Shown here one piece after another: positions 46,558 through 56,781 of a stretch of DNA of 64,000 nt. The stretch is from Candidatus Altiarchaeota archaeon (GTDB lineage Archaea > Altiarchaeota > Altiarchaeia > IMC4 > SCGC-AAA252-I15). The stretch spans positions 32,001 to 96,000 of the forward strand of contig JBDRLL010000010.1 in NCBI GenBank assembly GCA_043813075.1, in the 5' to 3' direction. The notes below the pieces were generated by a model. That model had not been told where the DNA came from. It did not search any database and saw only the letters and a program-made list of their open reading frames with translations. The first letter of the stretch is position 1. Each line of letters starts with the position of its first letter. Position numbers and translations under genes: made by a program.

Positions 46558-49500
46558 CTATTGTCCGCCTTCCTCTCCTTCGCCTGCCACATTATCCTCA
46601 AGCCATTTGCCGACGCTCTCCTTCTGCGGCCTCCTGCGGCTTCCCCTGTAAAGCATCTCGTGCTTCACGTTGCTTAGCCTTCTTTCCCTGGCCCTCGGAT
46701 CCTCCTCGCCTTCTCCGCCGGCCCCCTCCTTGCTAGGCTCCTTCGCGGTGCCCGGAGTCTCGGTGCTGGTGTCCTTCGAGCCAGCGCCGGCTGCGGCCGC
46801 TCCTGCGGCAGGCTTGGCTGCCGGCTGTTCGTAGCTTCCCTTCGATGGGTCGTAAGTCTCCTGCCTCTGAGCCTCCTTCATGGTAGCGTCGCCCACGGTG
46901 TTGCCGCTGGCTTTCTCGTAGTTGGCTTTCGCCGCATCCCAGCGTGCGCCATCATCCTTGTAGTCATCAGCCTTCAGCTTCCCGTACTCGTCTCTGACAC
47001 CCTTCGCCTGTCCAAGGTCAGATCCTCTCACTGACGTCCCACGCACCTCATCCTGGTTGCCGTACAACGGATTGCTGGCGTAGGTCTCCTGCCTCCTCGC
47101 CTCTCCTATTGACGCGTCGCTTATCTTGTCCCTGTCTACCCCGCTGCTGCTGGCGTAGCTGTCTGCAGCAGCACCCCAGCGCTCATCATCGTTCTTGAAC
47201 TTGGAGGCATCCTGCTTGCCATACTCATCCCGTACACCCTTAGCGTGGTCTGCATTCGCGCCTTCCACCGGCCTGCTGATGTGGTCTGGCATGTCCCTCC
47301 CAGTCTTGCTGTAGTGCATGTCGTTCGCATGCTGCCTCTTCTGGTCCGGGTTCAAGTCATCCCACTTCTTGCCTGGATTATCATGCTCGTACTTGCCCTT
47401 CGCATCCCTGTATGCCTGCTTTGAATCGTATCCCGCCTCAGTGTTGCGCCTCCAACCCATCTCCTGCTTGATGAGCCCCTTCCTCTGGTCTGGGCTGAGA
47501 TACCTGCCCTTCCTGTCTGCCGCATCAAGGTCCCCCCATTTTTTACCCTTGTTCTCGCCCTCGTACTTCTTCTTGGCAGCCGCCTCATCCCATGCGGGTC
47601 CTGTCTTCCCGTCACCCTGCTCATACCTCCTCCTGGCAGCCCACTTGACCTCCCCCATGCTCATGTGGTCCGGCCTGCCGACCCTCGTAGCGTCCTTCCC
47701 GAATACCGCGGACCTGGCGGTCTGCCCTGAGACCGCGCCTGCCTGCCTTCTCACGGTATCCTCGTTGAGGCCGTGCTTGCCTAGTATCGCCTGCACCGGA
47801 GCCCTCCTGTCTTCAGGCCCGTTAAGACGGTCGTGGAGTTCGCTCGCGTTGCTGACGCCAATACCCTTCAAGTCCTGCTGCGCCTGCGTGTTGCCACGCA
47901 AGGCTCCGACCCTGTTCAAGTCGCTCTGACCCCTGTATCCGTCCATGCCGGCACGCCAAGCCTCCCTCACCTGCCCGACCGCGCCGATGAGGCCTCCCGG
48001 CCTGCTGACGATGTCACCCAACTTGACGTTCTTGTCTATGAATGGTATGCGCCTTAGGAATGGGGTGTCTCCGACCTTCCTGTTGGCGAGCGACGTCCCA
48101 TGCACTATCGCTCTCCCCGTGTTGGCTATCCCCCTGCCCACACCCCGCATGGCCCTGAATGGGACGTTCAGGCCGCCGGTTGCGACGGTCTCGCCCACCA
48201 GCATAGGGGCATACCTCATGGAAGTCCTCACGTACGCTCCCGCGCCGCTTAAGCCCACGCCAACAGCCTTCCCTGCCATGTATGCTCCCATGGAGCCTAC
48301 CATCTGTCCTGTAGTCATCTTCCCGCTCTTGCTGCTTCCCGCTATCCCGCCCATGCTCGCGGCGGTCCCTACCATGCCTTCGCGAGACACGCCCTGGAAG
48401 AACGACCTGCCGACCCTTGTCTTAGTCCCAACATCCTGTATGCCCTTGCCGATACCCAACTGCTTACCTATCTTAGCCCCCGCGTAAGCGTATCCGAGGG
48501 CAGGCAATACAGTGGAGCCTGTGATAATACCCGCACTCGAAGTCAACCCAACCACCAGGCCAGCCTTCATCCAGTCGCCTCCAACAGACATCATCCCCTT
48601 CCCCACTCTCGCAGCTCCGGTCACCGTCTTCTCCGCGCCAGTACCCTTCGTGAAGTGGTGGCCGAACTTCTTGTACGCGTATCCTGCCGCAAGAGCGCCG
48701 CCAATATGGCCTCCAATCAATGACTGGCCGACGCCGTACGCAAGTGCCATGGTGGCTACCCCCTTCATCCCCAATGACCTGCCCCCCATCTTATGGGCAA
48801 CGTACATTCCAGCCAAAGCCATTCCCCCTAACGGCCCGAAGCCAAGCATTGATGCGCCAATCATGTATGCGCCAAAGGTCTTGAGTAGGCCGCCCTTGCC
48901 TAGCGAGCTGCCGAGGTTGGCTTTACCCCCCCTGTTGCTGAACATCTTGGCCGCGCCTATGCCTGCGAACGCTCCGCCAACGGCAGCCCCCACTGGGGCG
49001 CCGAACGCTGCGAGGGCGAGCGTCGCGCCTACGCCCACACCCAGCCCGACTAGGGCTCCTTTCCCTGATATGCCCGAGGCCTGCGACATCCCGCTGAATA
49101 GCGTGCTGAATACCCCCTGGTTCGGGAGTGCCTGGCTGCCTGGAGCGCCGCCAGTCCCGGTCCTGCCGTCTCCTGTCGGAGCGCTTCCAGATTTAGGGCC
49201 ACTAGGCCCAGTACCGCTTGGGGCAGGGCCGGTGCCAGTAGCATCCCCGCCGCCAGTAGTCCCCGGTCCAGTACCGCTTGGGGCAGGGCCTCCTGCTGGT
49301 CCGGTACCTCCCACTGGCGCTGTCTGGGTCTTGGCTTGTGTTGTCGGAGTGCTGCCAGTCTTGCTTGACGAGTCTCCAGGAGCCTTGACTCCGGAGGACT
49401 TGGTTCCAGCTGACGTCTTGGTCTTGCCTCCAGTATCCGTCTGGGCGGCACCCTTCTTTTTGCCTTTGGCAGACATTAGAGTGTCTCCTGCGATTCCCTT

Positions 49501-51768
49501 CGCAGCGTCAACAGCCTTGCCTGCGAGCGGGTCTCTGCCAACCTTCTCTCCTGTGTCGGCGTCCACGTTCTTGCCCATCTGTCCGCCCATCGCTTCCTGC
49601 GCCGCCTCCACACCCTTATCCTTCACGATTCCCGCACCCTTCTTAGCCCCCTTGTAGGTCCCCTTGAGCGCCCTCTGCGGCACCTTCTGTTCCATCAGCT
49701 TATTGCCGACGCTCTTTCCCATCCCCTTGATGCCGCCGGTCTTGTAGCCTTCACGGGCTGCTGAAACCAGGTCCCTGCCGCCGGTTATGCTCCGCCCGAG
49801 CGGCGATTTCTTGGCGAAGTCCGCTACCCTCCCTGGCATGTTCCTTATGCCCTGAAGCGCCCTCCCCGGCAGGTTCTTTATTCCCTCCAGCATCCTGCCT
49901 GGAGCCGCCCTGATGTTGGTCCCTAGCTTGCCTACTGAGTCTGATATGCCTTTCTTGAGGGAGACATCGGCTGCCTTGCCTGTCGCACTCATCCCTCTGA
50001 CCCCTTCCCTGCCGCCCATCTTGTATGCTGCCTTGAACGCGCCCTTCTGCATACCCTTCTCCAAACCCTTGCCAAATCCTTCCCTGAATGCTCCGCCAAC
50101 GCCCTTGCCCGCGCTCCTGGCTTTGCCAGCACTCCTCATGCCCTGTTTGAAACCGTGCCTCATGCTCCTCGGGATCACGGATTTCCCTATACTCTTCATA
50201 GCACCCTTCACAGCCTGGCCGAAACCCTTTTTAACGCCCTGTTTGACTGCTTCAGTGCCGACTTTAGCGACCACGTCTCCCGCGCCCTTGACTGCCGCGC
50301 TAGCGCCCTGTGTTACCGCCGTCGTGCCTGCCTGTATGCCTGCGGCAGTCGCCTCTCCTGCTGCGGTGCCGACTGCAACACCGGCACTCCCCCCAGTACC
50401 GCCTCCAGCACCAGCTCCCGGAGCGGCTCCGACACCAAATCCTATGGCGCCGACTCCCGCCCCAATCGCGGCTCCTATTGACGCGCCCACTGAAGTCCCA
50501 ACCAAAGCTGAAGTCAGGCTGAGCGCCTGTCCTGCGGCAGTGCTCATCGCCTGCACGCTACCCATAGCGGAATCCATGCCAGCCTGAGTGACGTCTGCCG
50601 CGGCTTTCGCACTACCCCCACCGCTCTTGCCGACGTCCAGCTCCCCGACCCCGGACTCCGAAGTCATCCCGAACTTGCTGAGCGCGGAACGCATGTCTAT
50701 CCCCGCGTTAATGTTGGCCGCCTGCTTTATCCCCGCGGCGACTACCGCTTCCGCTCCCTGCCCCTGCATTATCTCGCCTGCTGTGACAAGCCCGACGCCC
50801 GCGACGCTCGGCATCAGCTGTCCTATGGAAGTCACGATGTTGCCCAACGCGCTCAGGACTCCTGTCACCATCAAAGGCGATGCGACGATCATCGTGGTGG
50901 TCGCCAGATACAGCCATACCGCGGTCTCAGCGTTCGCCTCGCTCATCGGAGTCAGCATGAACGCCGCTGAAACGCAGAGCCATGCTGCCATGATGACTGG
51001 CGTGAATATCCATCCGATAGTCTGCTTCAGCATGTTCCTGCCCACACTCTTGGTGAAGTCGAACATGTACATCATTATGGTGAGCGGGAATATCGCGGAG
51101 TAGATGTTGACGAGTATGTACCTGAGGAACACTGTCACGAATGCAAGGATGCTTATGGTGCCTGAACACGTCATCACGTAGATGGATCCTGTGCCTGAGA
51201 ATGATGAGAACACCTTCGTCATAAGCGCGCCGTACTCCTCGGCGCCCATTATCTGCCTGTATGGGCTGCCGCTGCCCACCAGCAGCGCCTTCGTCAGGCT
51301 GTAGTTCACGTCTATCATCAGCTGCATCAATGCCGGCGCAAGCGACATCAGGATGAGTGCGACAAGCATGTTCTTCAACTGCTGTTTGGCCTTGAATCTC
51401 TCCCCCGGATTGAGCGATGATACTATGAGCTTCAGGGCAGAGTACACTATCATCAGCATGACTACTGGCAGCGCAGCCTGCATGACGACTCCGGTCAGCT
51501 GGAGCGTGTGGCCCTGGTCCACTGTCGGCTTTATCATGACTTCGGAGACAAGGATCGGGTATAAGAGTCTGTACATGTTCTCGTTGTCGAACGCCATTAT
51601 CTCCAGGGTGAATATGATGAAGAACCTCATCATGTCCATAACCCATCCGGCAAGCATCCTCGCGGTCGTGGATGCTGTGGCGTTGGTTGAAACTAGGATT
51701 ACTAGGAACAGCAGTAGCAAGGCTGCCTTTAATCTTCTGCTTACTCTGTTTATGGGAATTATTTCCAT
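46558..51768 (-). CDS. Giant (1736 aa) VirB6/TrbL-like membrane protein with a long Gly/Ala-rich repetitive tail
   Basis: First ~320 aa are multi-TM, with 'PGERFKAKQQLKNMLVALIL' and 'LRYILVNIYSAIFPLTIMMYMFDFTKSVGRNMLK', typical of VirB6/TrbL; followed by Gly-zippers and internal repeats. Confidence 0.7.
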   Translation of the reverse strand: MEIIPINRVSRRLKAALLLLFLVILVSTNATASTTARMLAGWVMDMMRFFIIFTLEIMAFDNENMYRLLYPILVSEVMIKPTVDQGHTLQLTGVVMQAALPVVMLMIVYSALKLIVSSLNPGERFKAKQQLKNMLVALILMSLAPALMQLMIDVNYSLTKALLVGSGSPYRQIMGAEEYGALMTKVFSSFSGTGSIYVMTCSGTISILAFVTVFLRYILVNIYSAIFPLTIMMYMFDFTKSVGRNMLKQTIGWIFTPVIMAAWLCVSAAFMLTPMSEANAETAVWLYLATTTMIVASPLMVTGVLSALGNIVTSIGQLMPSVAGVGLVTAGEIMQGQGAEAVVAAGIKQAANINAGIDMRSALSKFGMTSESGVGELDVGKSGGGSAKAAADVTQAGMDSAMGSVQAMSTAAGQALSLTSALVGTSVGASIGAAIGAGVGAIGFGVGAAPGAGAGGGTGGSAGVAVGTAAGEATAAGIQAGTTAVTQGASAAVKGAGDVVAKVGTEAVKQGVKKGFGQAVKGAMKSIGKSVIPRSMRHGFKQGMRSAGKARSAGKGVGGAFREGFGKGLEKGMQKGAFKAAYKMGGREGVRGMSATGKAADVSLKKGISDSVGKLGTNIRAAPGRMLEGIKNLPGRALQGIRNMPGRVADFAKKSPLGRSITGGRDLVSAAREGYKTGGIKGMGKSVGNKLMEQKVPQRALKGTYKGAKKGAGIVKDKGVEAAQEAMGGQMGKNVDADTGEKVGRDPLAGKAVDAAKGIAGDTLMSAKGKKKGAAQTDTGGKTKTSAGTKSSGVKAPGDSSSKTGSTPTTQAKTQTAPVGGTGPAGGPAPSGTGPGTTGGGDATGTGPAPSGTGPSGPKSGSAPTGDGRTGTGGAPGSQALPNQGVFSTLFSGMSQASGISGKGALVGLGVGVGATLALAAFGAPVGAAVGGAFAGIGAAKMFSNRGGKANLGSSLGKGGLLKTFGAYMIGASMLGFGPLGGMALAGMYVAHKMGGRSLGMKGVATMALAYGVGQSLIGGHIGGALAAGYAYKKFGHHFTKGTGAEKTVTGAARVGKGMMSVGGDWMKAGLVVGLTSSAGIITGSTVLPALGYAYAGAKIGKQLGIGKGIQDVGTKTRVGRSFFQGVSREGMVGTAASMGGIAGSSKSGKMTTGQMVGSMGAYMAGKAVGVGLSGAGAYVRTSMRYAPMLVGETVATGGLNVPFRAMRGVGRGIANTGRAIVHGTSLANRKVGDTPFLRRIPFIDKNVKLGDIVSRPGGLIGAVGQVREAWRAGMDGYRGQSDLNRVGALRGNTQAQQDLKGIGVSNASELHDRLNGPEDRRAPVQAILGKHGLNEDTVRRQAGAVSGQTARSAVFGKDATRVGRPDHMSMGEVKWAARRRYEQGDGKTGPAWDEAAAKKKYEGENKGKKWGDLDAADRKGRYLSPDQRKGLIKQEMGWRRNTEAGYDSKQAYRDAKGKYEHDNPGKKWDDLNPDQKRQHANDMHYSKTGRDMPDHISRPVEGANADHAKGVRDEYGKQDASKFKNDDERWGAAADSYASSSGVDRDKISDASIGEARRQETYASNPLYGNQDEVRGTSVRGSDLGQAKGVRDEYGKLKADDYKDDGARWDAAKANYEKASGNTVGDATMKEAQRQETYDPSKGSYEQPAAKPAAGAAAAGAGSKDTSTETPGTAKEPSKEGAGGEGEEDPRARERRLSNVKHEMLYRGSRRRPQKESVGKWLEDNVAGEGEEGGQ

Positions 51769-51847
51769 GTTATGGGCATTTCAGCGGATGGCCGACATAT
51801 ACTGGTTATAATATATATGATAATATATTATATAGCATTGGTTAGGC

Positions 51848-52273
51848 CTATTTCTTGCCCATGAGCTCGTCCCAGGCGTCCTGGAAGTCCATTGCCCTTC
51901 CGCTGAAGAACCTGTATGCCATCAGCGCTGCTAATGCCACCAGGAAGACCCATGCGTTGTTGCAGCAGTAGTCTGTGGTTAGCGTGTTGGTCACCGGTAT
52001 GACGTACCAGTATATCAGGGACTCGTATGCTCCGCTGTCTGAGTCGAGCTTCAGCGACAGTGTGATGTCCATGCCCAAGTCCCTCTCCAATTCTATCTCA
52101 CTTCCTATGGGATACCATCCGCTCTTGTTGGAGTATGGCGCCTCGAATTTGACGTAGACGTAGTATGGGGGGGTGGGTGCTGTGGCGTGGACGCTGTCGA
52201 TGACCTCCAGTATCATGAATGCGGCGAACACTAGCGCCACCATCCTAATCATCTTTTGTCCGTCTTTCATCAT
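51848..52273 (-). CDS. Exported protein with C-terminal TM anchor
   Basis: Signal peptide (VHA|T), short ectodomain, YCCNN, TM; ATGA overlap with the upstream gene. Confidence 0.75.
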   Translation of the reverse strand: MMKDGQKMIRMVALVFAAFMILEVIDSVHATAPTPPYYVYVKFEAPYSNKSGWYPIGSEIELERDLGMDITLSLKLDSDSGAYESLIYWYVIPVTNTLTTDYCCNNAWVFLVALAALMAYRFFSGRAMDFQDAWDELMGKK

Positions 52274-55200
52274 CCGTACTCCGTCCCGTCGCACAGGTCT
52301 TCAGCCTTTATCTTCACCTTTATTTTAGTGCCCGAACTAGTTACCTCTGGCTTGGGCTTCAGCTCATGCACCTTCTTGACGAAGCATTGCACTCCGCCCT
52401 TGCTGCAGTCGACGTCGTCCTCGCATTCCTTCTCCTGCGGGTCTGACATGAACGGCTGCAGCTTCACGTTCCTCATGTTGGTGTGTATGGTCAGTGTTGC
52501 GTTGTCGATGTCCATGGGGTCGATCTCCCCGCTGTCGAATATCAGCGTGTAGGACTGGGGTTGTATGTCCTTGGGCTGGCACTCCTTGATGGTCTCTACA
52601 ACGCATTTATTGTTCTGCCAGTAGTATTTGACTTGGAATGTGTCCCACCAGTAAGCCTTGTATATCCCGTTCTCGCAGTAGCTCTTGTACCTGCTCGGGC
52701 TCTTCTCGCAGTTCAGGAAGTCCAGTTTTGACACGGTGGGGTCCACCACGTCCCTGCATTTGTCCTCGCTTATGGGCCATCCATCCTTCCATTTGCACAC
52801 CACACCGCCGGACGGCAATACAGTCCTCGTGCTCGTCTCGTCATTGCACTTGTTCTTCTCTTCCTCGCTGATCTGCTGGTGGTCGCAGTATGGCGCGTAT
52901 TTCACGAACGCCACCTTGAATTGGCATCCTACGCAGGACTCCTCCTGCTCCACGTTCATCACAGCGTGCGGCTGGTTCAGGAAGTGCCTTCCGAACTCCT
53001 CTGAAGGCCTCGGGTGCATTGTTATGGCCTCGAAGTCCCACGTCCTCTTCTCGTCGTACCTGTAGTTCCTGTATAGTCTGAGGTTGTACCACCAGTCTTG
53101 TATGAAGTAGATGCACTCCGGGTCTGCCTTGTCCACGGCGAGTACGTCCCTAGCCCACGTGTACGTGGAGGTGAGCGCGTTGAACTGGTCGTAGTAGAGG
53201 AGGTACTCCCTGTGGGGGTTGTAGTTGCCTATATAGTATACTGGGTCTTGGGCGGTGCTCTCCCCACCGAACCCGAGGAAGCCCCACGTGTTTATCTTTG
53301 TCGTGTCTTTAACGCACTTCTTCTCGTCGTAGCTGTCCCCCCTTATGAACCCGTGGAATTCGGCGAGCCTATGGCCTGAACCCTTTGGTATCAGGTCGTA
53401 GTCCCATCTCATGGCGCTTTCCAGTCCTGTCAGCTCGTGTATCAGCGGGAGGTTGCTTTTTGTGAATGCTAGTCTCGTCCTCTCTGGGACATCGAGCTCG
53501 AACCCGTTCAGCAGGTCTATGTATTCGTCGTCCAACGCCTGTATCGTCAGGTATCCTATGGCCCTGGTGTAGTTTATCGTATAATCGTCGGAAGCCGCCT
53601 TTTCCGGAGTCTTGTACCTTATCTCCCCGTAGACTTTCACGTCCACGTGCGGTGCCTGCACTGTCAGCGGCCTCGCTATCTCCAGGTGGCTTCCGTAGGG
53701 TTCCGCGGTGACGACTGATATGTCCTCCATCTCCTCGTACGCTATGCACTCGTCTCTCTGGCATTCCTCAGGGTATGCAGGACCCTCGTAGTCAGGCCCC
53801 TTTTCCGGAGGCATCCTGGCGTTATCGTCATTCCTGTCGTATGTGGCAGGGTAGTAGTCGTCAAGGCCCCTGTGGTGCCAGCATCCCCAGCAGTGCTCGT
53901 GGCAGTAGCATTCATCGTACATCTCACACCATATCTCCTCGTCTGAACCGCAGTATTCGCCTGAACACAGGCACTCCTGGTTGTTCGCATCGCACTTGTT
54001 GTTCTGCCTCCAGCAGCAGCACGGTCTGATGCATGTGTTCTTGTATACTCCGCCCAGGTTAACATTGTATATCTTGCCGTCGTCTTCCCCGCCGACCTTC
54101 CTGCACGTCTTGTAGCCGTGCCTTATGAACCATGAGTCGACTTCCAGCCTGCTGCACCCGTGCCACATGCATTGTTCCACGTAAGCCCTCCTGTTCATGT
54201 AGTTGCGTATCGTGAATGTGGTCGTCACCTCCAGGCTCTTGGCTCTCGTGCATATCTCTGTCCCCAGTATCTCATAGTTCAGCACGGTCCAAGGGTCTGT
54301 CGGCTGGGGCAGGTCGTTCTCGTGCTCTGGTCTGTCTCTCGGGTTTGTTATGGCATTGCATGGGTTGGGGTTTATGCTGTACGTGAACCATGATTCAGGA
54401 GCCTTCTCGCTCGGGTCGGTGACCGGGTCCTTATTGACTGGATACGGGTAGTAATCCACCTGCTTCATCTTCAAGGCCCCGCAAGACTGGGGAATCAAGT
54501 CCGTGTTCACGTCGACTATCCCAGGCTCGACGTACGAGTCGTGGTCGTCATAGCCTCCCTTGCAGTTGGGAGGCCTCTGGCCCTTCGGGCATTTGCTGCA
54601 CTTGGGCGTCCAGCAGTCGGAGTCCTGGTTGCCTGGCCAGTAGTCTGTCGCCCCGCAGCAGCCGTATTCAGCCAGCGGCGGCCCCTTCTCGCATGAAGTT
54701 ATGTGCCCTGAGACGTATGGGTCAGGCGTCATGCCGTTCGGCTGGTCCAGGTCCCTGTAGCAGTTGCAGTCGTAGTCGGCGCAGGCGTCCTTGCAGTTGT
54801 TTCCGTGCCTGCACCCGCACTTCCTGTTTTTGTCTGACTTCGGCTTCGCGGTGACCGGGTCAGCCCAGCCCTTCACAACACAGTAGGCCTCCTGGCCGCT
54901 GTAGCACCATGCGCCGTTGCCGCAGTACTTGTGCGTGGAGTCGCTTGTATAACTGTTTCCTATGTTCCTGGTCTCAGCCCATATGGGGCTCGGGTTCTCT
55001 ATGTATGGCCACGCGTACATGCAGTCCTTGCATTCCGGGCATGGGTCCGGATACTTCTTCCCGCCCGGGCTCCTGTCCCGCACTATGTTCGGGTCTGTCC
55101 TGCAGGCGGCCTCCCACCAGTCAGGTATCATGCCTCCCCCAGCCATGTATATCGAAATCGGGCCTCCCCCGTCGCCTGGCTCGGCTTCCGCAGTCCTGGT

Positions 55201-56778
55201 CCAAGACTTCATCCACGGGAACTTGGTTATGTCAGTGGCTGTCCCTGGCGCAGTAACCTTAGTGCACGTCTTCCCGTCCCACAGGTATCCTGCCTCGCTC
55301 TCAGGGCACTGGCCCATCAGCTGGTCGCTTATGTCCGGGCAGCAGGCGGAGTCGTTCAGGTTCGTGTATATGTTGTCCAGGCACTTGTATCCTGTCATGC
55401 ATTCGCTGTCGTCCTTGCAATGGCCTTCCTCAAATATGCACTTCACACCCCACCTGGCTATCTTCTTCTTGCAGTAGTCCTGGTCAGTCCTCTTCGCGTC
55501 GTTGACTCCGTTCGCCATGCAGCATTCCCTGGTGAGGTCGTATTCAGTACCCCTCGGACAGCAGTGGCCGAAGTTCTTTTTATCAGAGTCTATGGAACAG
55601 TACCTTGAGTTGCAGTCAGAGTCCTCCCTGCACGGGCCTTCCGCTATGCCCAGGAGGTATGTCCCGTCGTCCTGTAGGGCGGGGCCTGTCGGGGGCACGC
55701 ATTGTACCTCGTAGACGGAGTCTATGAATGACTCGTCCTCCACCCGGATGTAGTGTTCTCCTGTGACCGGCATGTTGACTTCAGGGCTTATCTTGAATAT
55801 GTTGGCCCACACGGTGTTTATGTTGAACATCCGGTAGTATCTCAGGTCGTAGTTGAAGCATAGGGCCGGGCATGTGTTGTGCCTTCTGCACGCCTCGCAC
55901 GGCTGGTGCTGGAGGCTCTTTGGCCTGCAGTAGTGGTCTCTCGGGTTCTCGCAGCCTGGAAGCTCCACCTGGTCGCAGTTGATTACGCCGTATCCAGCGC
56001 CTCCCGCAAGGCCTGACAGGTCTCCAAGGTATGAGGACCCGTAGTCGAAGTCTGTGGTGTGCAGTTCGTCGTCCACGTCCTCGAAGTCCCACCCGTATCC
56101 CGGCCGCGTGCCGTCGACGTGGGACATCCAGGCTGGGTTGTAGTCTGTGGGAGTTATCTCCCAGTACCTGTCTTTGACGGAGTCGGAGAGTATTATGGTG
56201 GGTCTAGTCGGGCTGGGGTCGTCGTAGTCCTTCACCCTGTCCTGGAGTATTCCGGTTCCACCCACTTTGTCTGCTCCAACACCTCCGCCGTAGATGTTCA
56301 GGGGGTCGCATCCGTAGGGGTACGTGTGGTCGTCGTTCACGTCCGACGACTTGTCCGGCTTGCCTGTGTTTGGTGTCGCATCCCTGTACAGCGGGTATCC
56401 GTCGTACAGCATCGCGTTCTCCCAGCACTGGGGTATGGGCGGCAGGGTCGTCGTTGATATGGTTATGGTCGTTAGGGTGCATATTGTGTCGTGGTAGCAG
56501 CATTCCGGGTGTGGGGTTCCTCCAGCATCCTCGCAGCAGCCGCTGTTCCTGCACATCGGGCTGGCGCACCCAAGGTGGCTGCAGTTGTCCTTCGCGGAAA
56601 GAGGCGGAGACCAGAAGGAGCACCCGTAATGGTAGCAGCATCCAACCACGTCCTCCGGGGTTATCACGACTAATGCCAGCACGAGGATTACTCCAATCAA
56701 GATGGGTATCCTATAGTCTAGGGTAATCCTCCGCCAGCCATGTTTCCTCCCCGCCATATCGCTTAAGCTATTAGTCAT
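52270..56778 (-). CDS. Giant (1502 aa) Cys-rich exported protein
   Basis: N-terminal TM/signal, Thr-rich linker TLTTITISTTTLPP, repeated CxxDxD/EC motifs, very high Cys/Trp/Asp content. Confidence 0.85.
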   Translation of the reverse strand: MTNSLSDMAGRKHGWRRITLDYRIPILIGVILVLALVVITPEDVVGCCYHYGCSFWSPPLSAKDNCSHLGCASPMCRNSGCCEDAGGTPHPECCYHDTICTLTTITISTTTLPPIPQCWENAMLYDGYPLYRDATPNTGKPDKSSDVNDDHTYPYGCDPLNIYGGGVGADKVGGTGILQDRVKDYDDPSPTRPTIILSDSVKDRYWEITPTDYNPAWMSHVDGTRPGYGWDFEDVDDELHTTDFDYGSSYLGDLSGLAGGAGYGVINCDQVELPGCENPRDHYCRPKSLQHQPCEACRRHNTCPALCFNYDLRYYRMFNINTVWANIFKISPEVNMPVTGEHYIRVEDESFIDSVYEVQCVPPTGPALQDDGTYLLGIAEGPCREDSDCNSRYCSIDSDKKNFGHCCPRGTEYDLTRECCMANGVNDAKRTDQDYCKKKIARWGVKCIFEEGHCKDDSECMTGYKCLDNIYTNLNDSACCPDISDQLMGQCPESEAGYLWDGKTCTKVTAPGTATDITKFPWMKSWTRTAEAEPGDGGGPISIYMAGGGMIPDWWEAACRTDPNIVRDRSPGGKKYPDPCPECKDCMYAWPYIENPSPIWAETRNIGNSYTSDSTHKYCGNGAWCYSGQEAYCVVKGWADPVTAKPKSDKNRKCGCRHGNNCKDACADYDCNCYRDLDQPNGMTPDPYVSGHITSCEKGPPLAEYGCCGATDYWPGNQDSDCWTPKCSKCPKGQRPPNCKGGYDDHDSYVEPGIVDVNTDLIPQSCGALKMKQVDYYPYPVNKDPVTDPSEKAPESWFTYSINPNPCNAITNPRDRPEHENDLPQPTDPWTVLNYEILGTEICTRAKSLEVTTTFTIRNYMNRRAYVEQCMWHGCSRLEVDSWFIRHGYKTCRKVGGEDDGKIYNVNLGGVYKNTCIRPCCCWRQNNKCDANNQECLCSGEYCGSDEEIWCEMYDECYCHEHCWGCWHHRGLDDYYPATYDRNDDNARMPPEKGPDYEGPAYPEECQRDECIAYEEMEDISVVTAEPYGSHLEIARPLTVQAPHVDVKVYGEIRYKTPEKAASDDYTINYTRAIGYLTIQALDDEYIDLLNGFELDVPERTRLAFTKSNLPLIHELTGLESAMRWDYDLIPKGSGHRLAEFHGFIRGDSYDEKKCVKDTTKINTWGFLGFGGESTAQDPVYYIGNYNPHREYLLYYDQFNALTSTYTWARDVLAVDKADPECIYFIQDWWYNLRLYRNYRYDEKRTWDFEAITMHPRPSEEFGRHFLNQPHAVMNVEQEESCVGCQFKVAFVKYAPYCDHQQISEEEKNKCNDETSTRTVLPSGGVVCKWKDGWPISEDKCRDVVDPTVSKLDFLNCEKSPSRYKSYCENGIYKAYWWDTFQVKYYWQNNKCVVETIKECQPKDIQPQSYTLIFDSGEIDPMDIDNATLTIHTNMRNVKLQPFMSDPQEKECEDDVDCSKGGVQCFVKKVHELKPKPEVTSSGTKIKVKIKAEDLCDGTEYG

Positions 56779-56781
56779 GCT

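Noticed and set aside
47318-51103. Long plus-strand ORFs (e.g. 48512..49657) within the giant gene
   Set aside because: These are antisense shadows of a Gly/Ala-rich coding frame
46558-51768. Phage tape-measure protein
   Set aside because: The tail composition is similar, but the N-terminus is multi-TM VirB6-like and no phage structural genes are nearby
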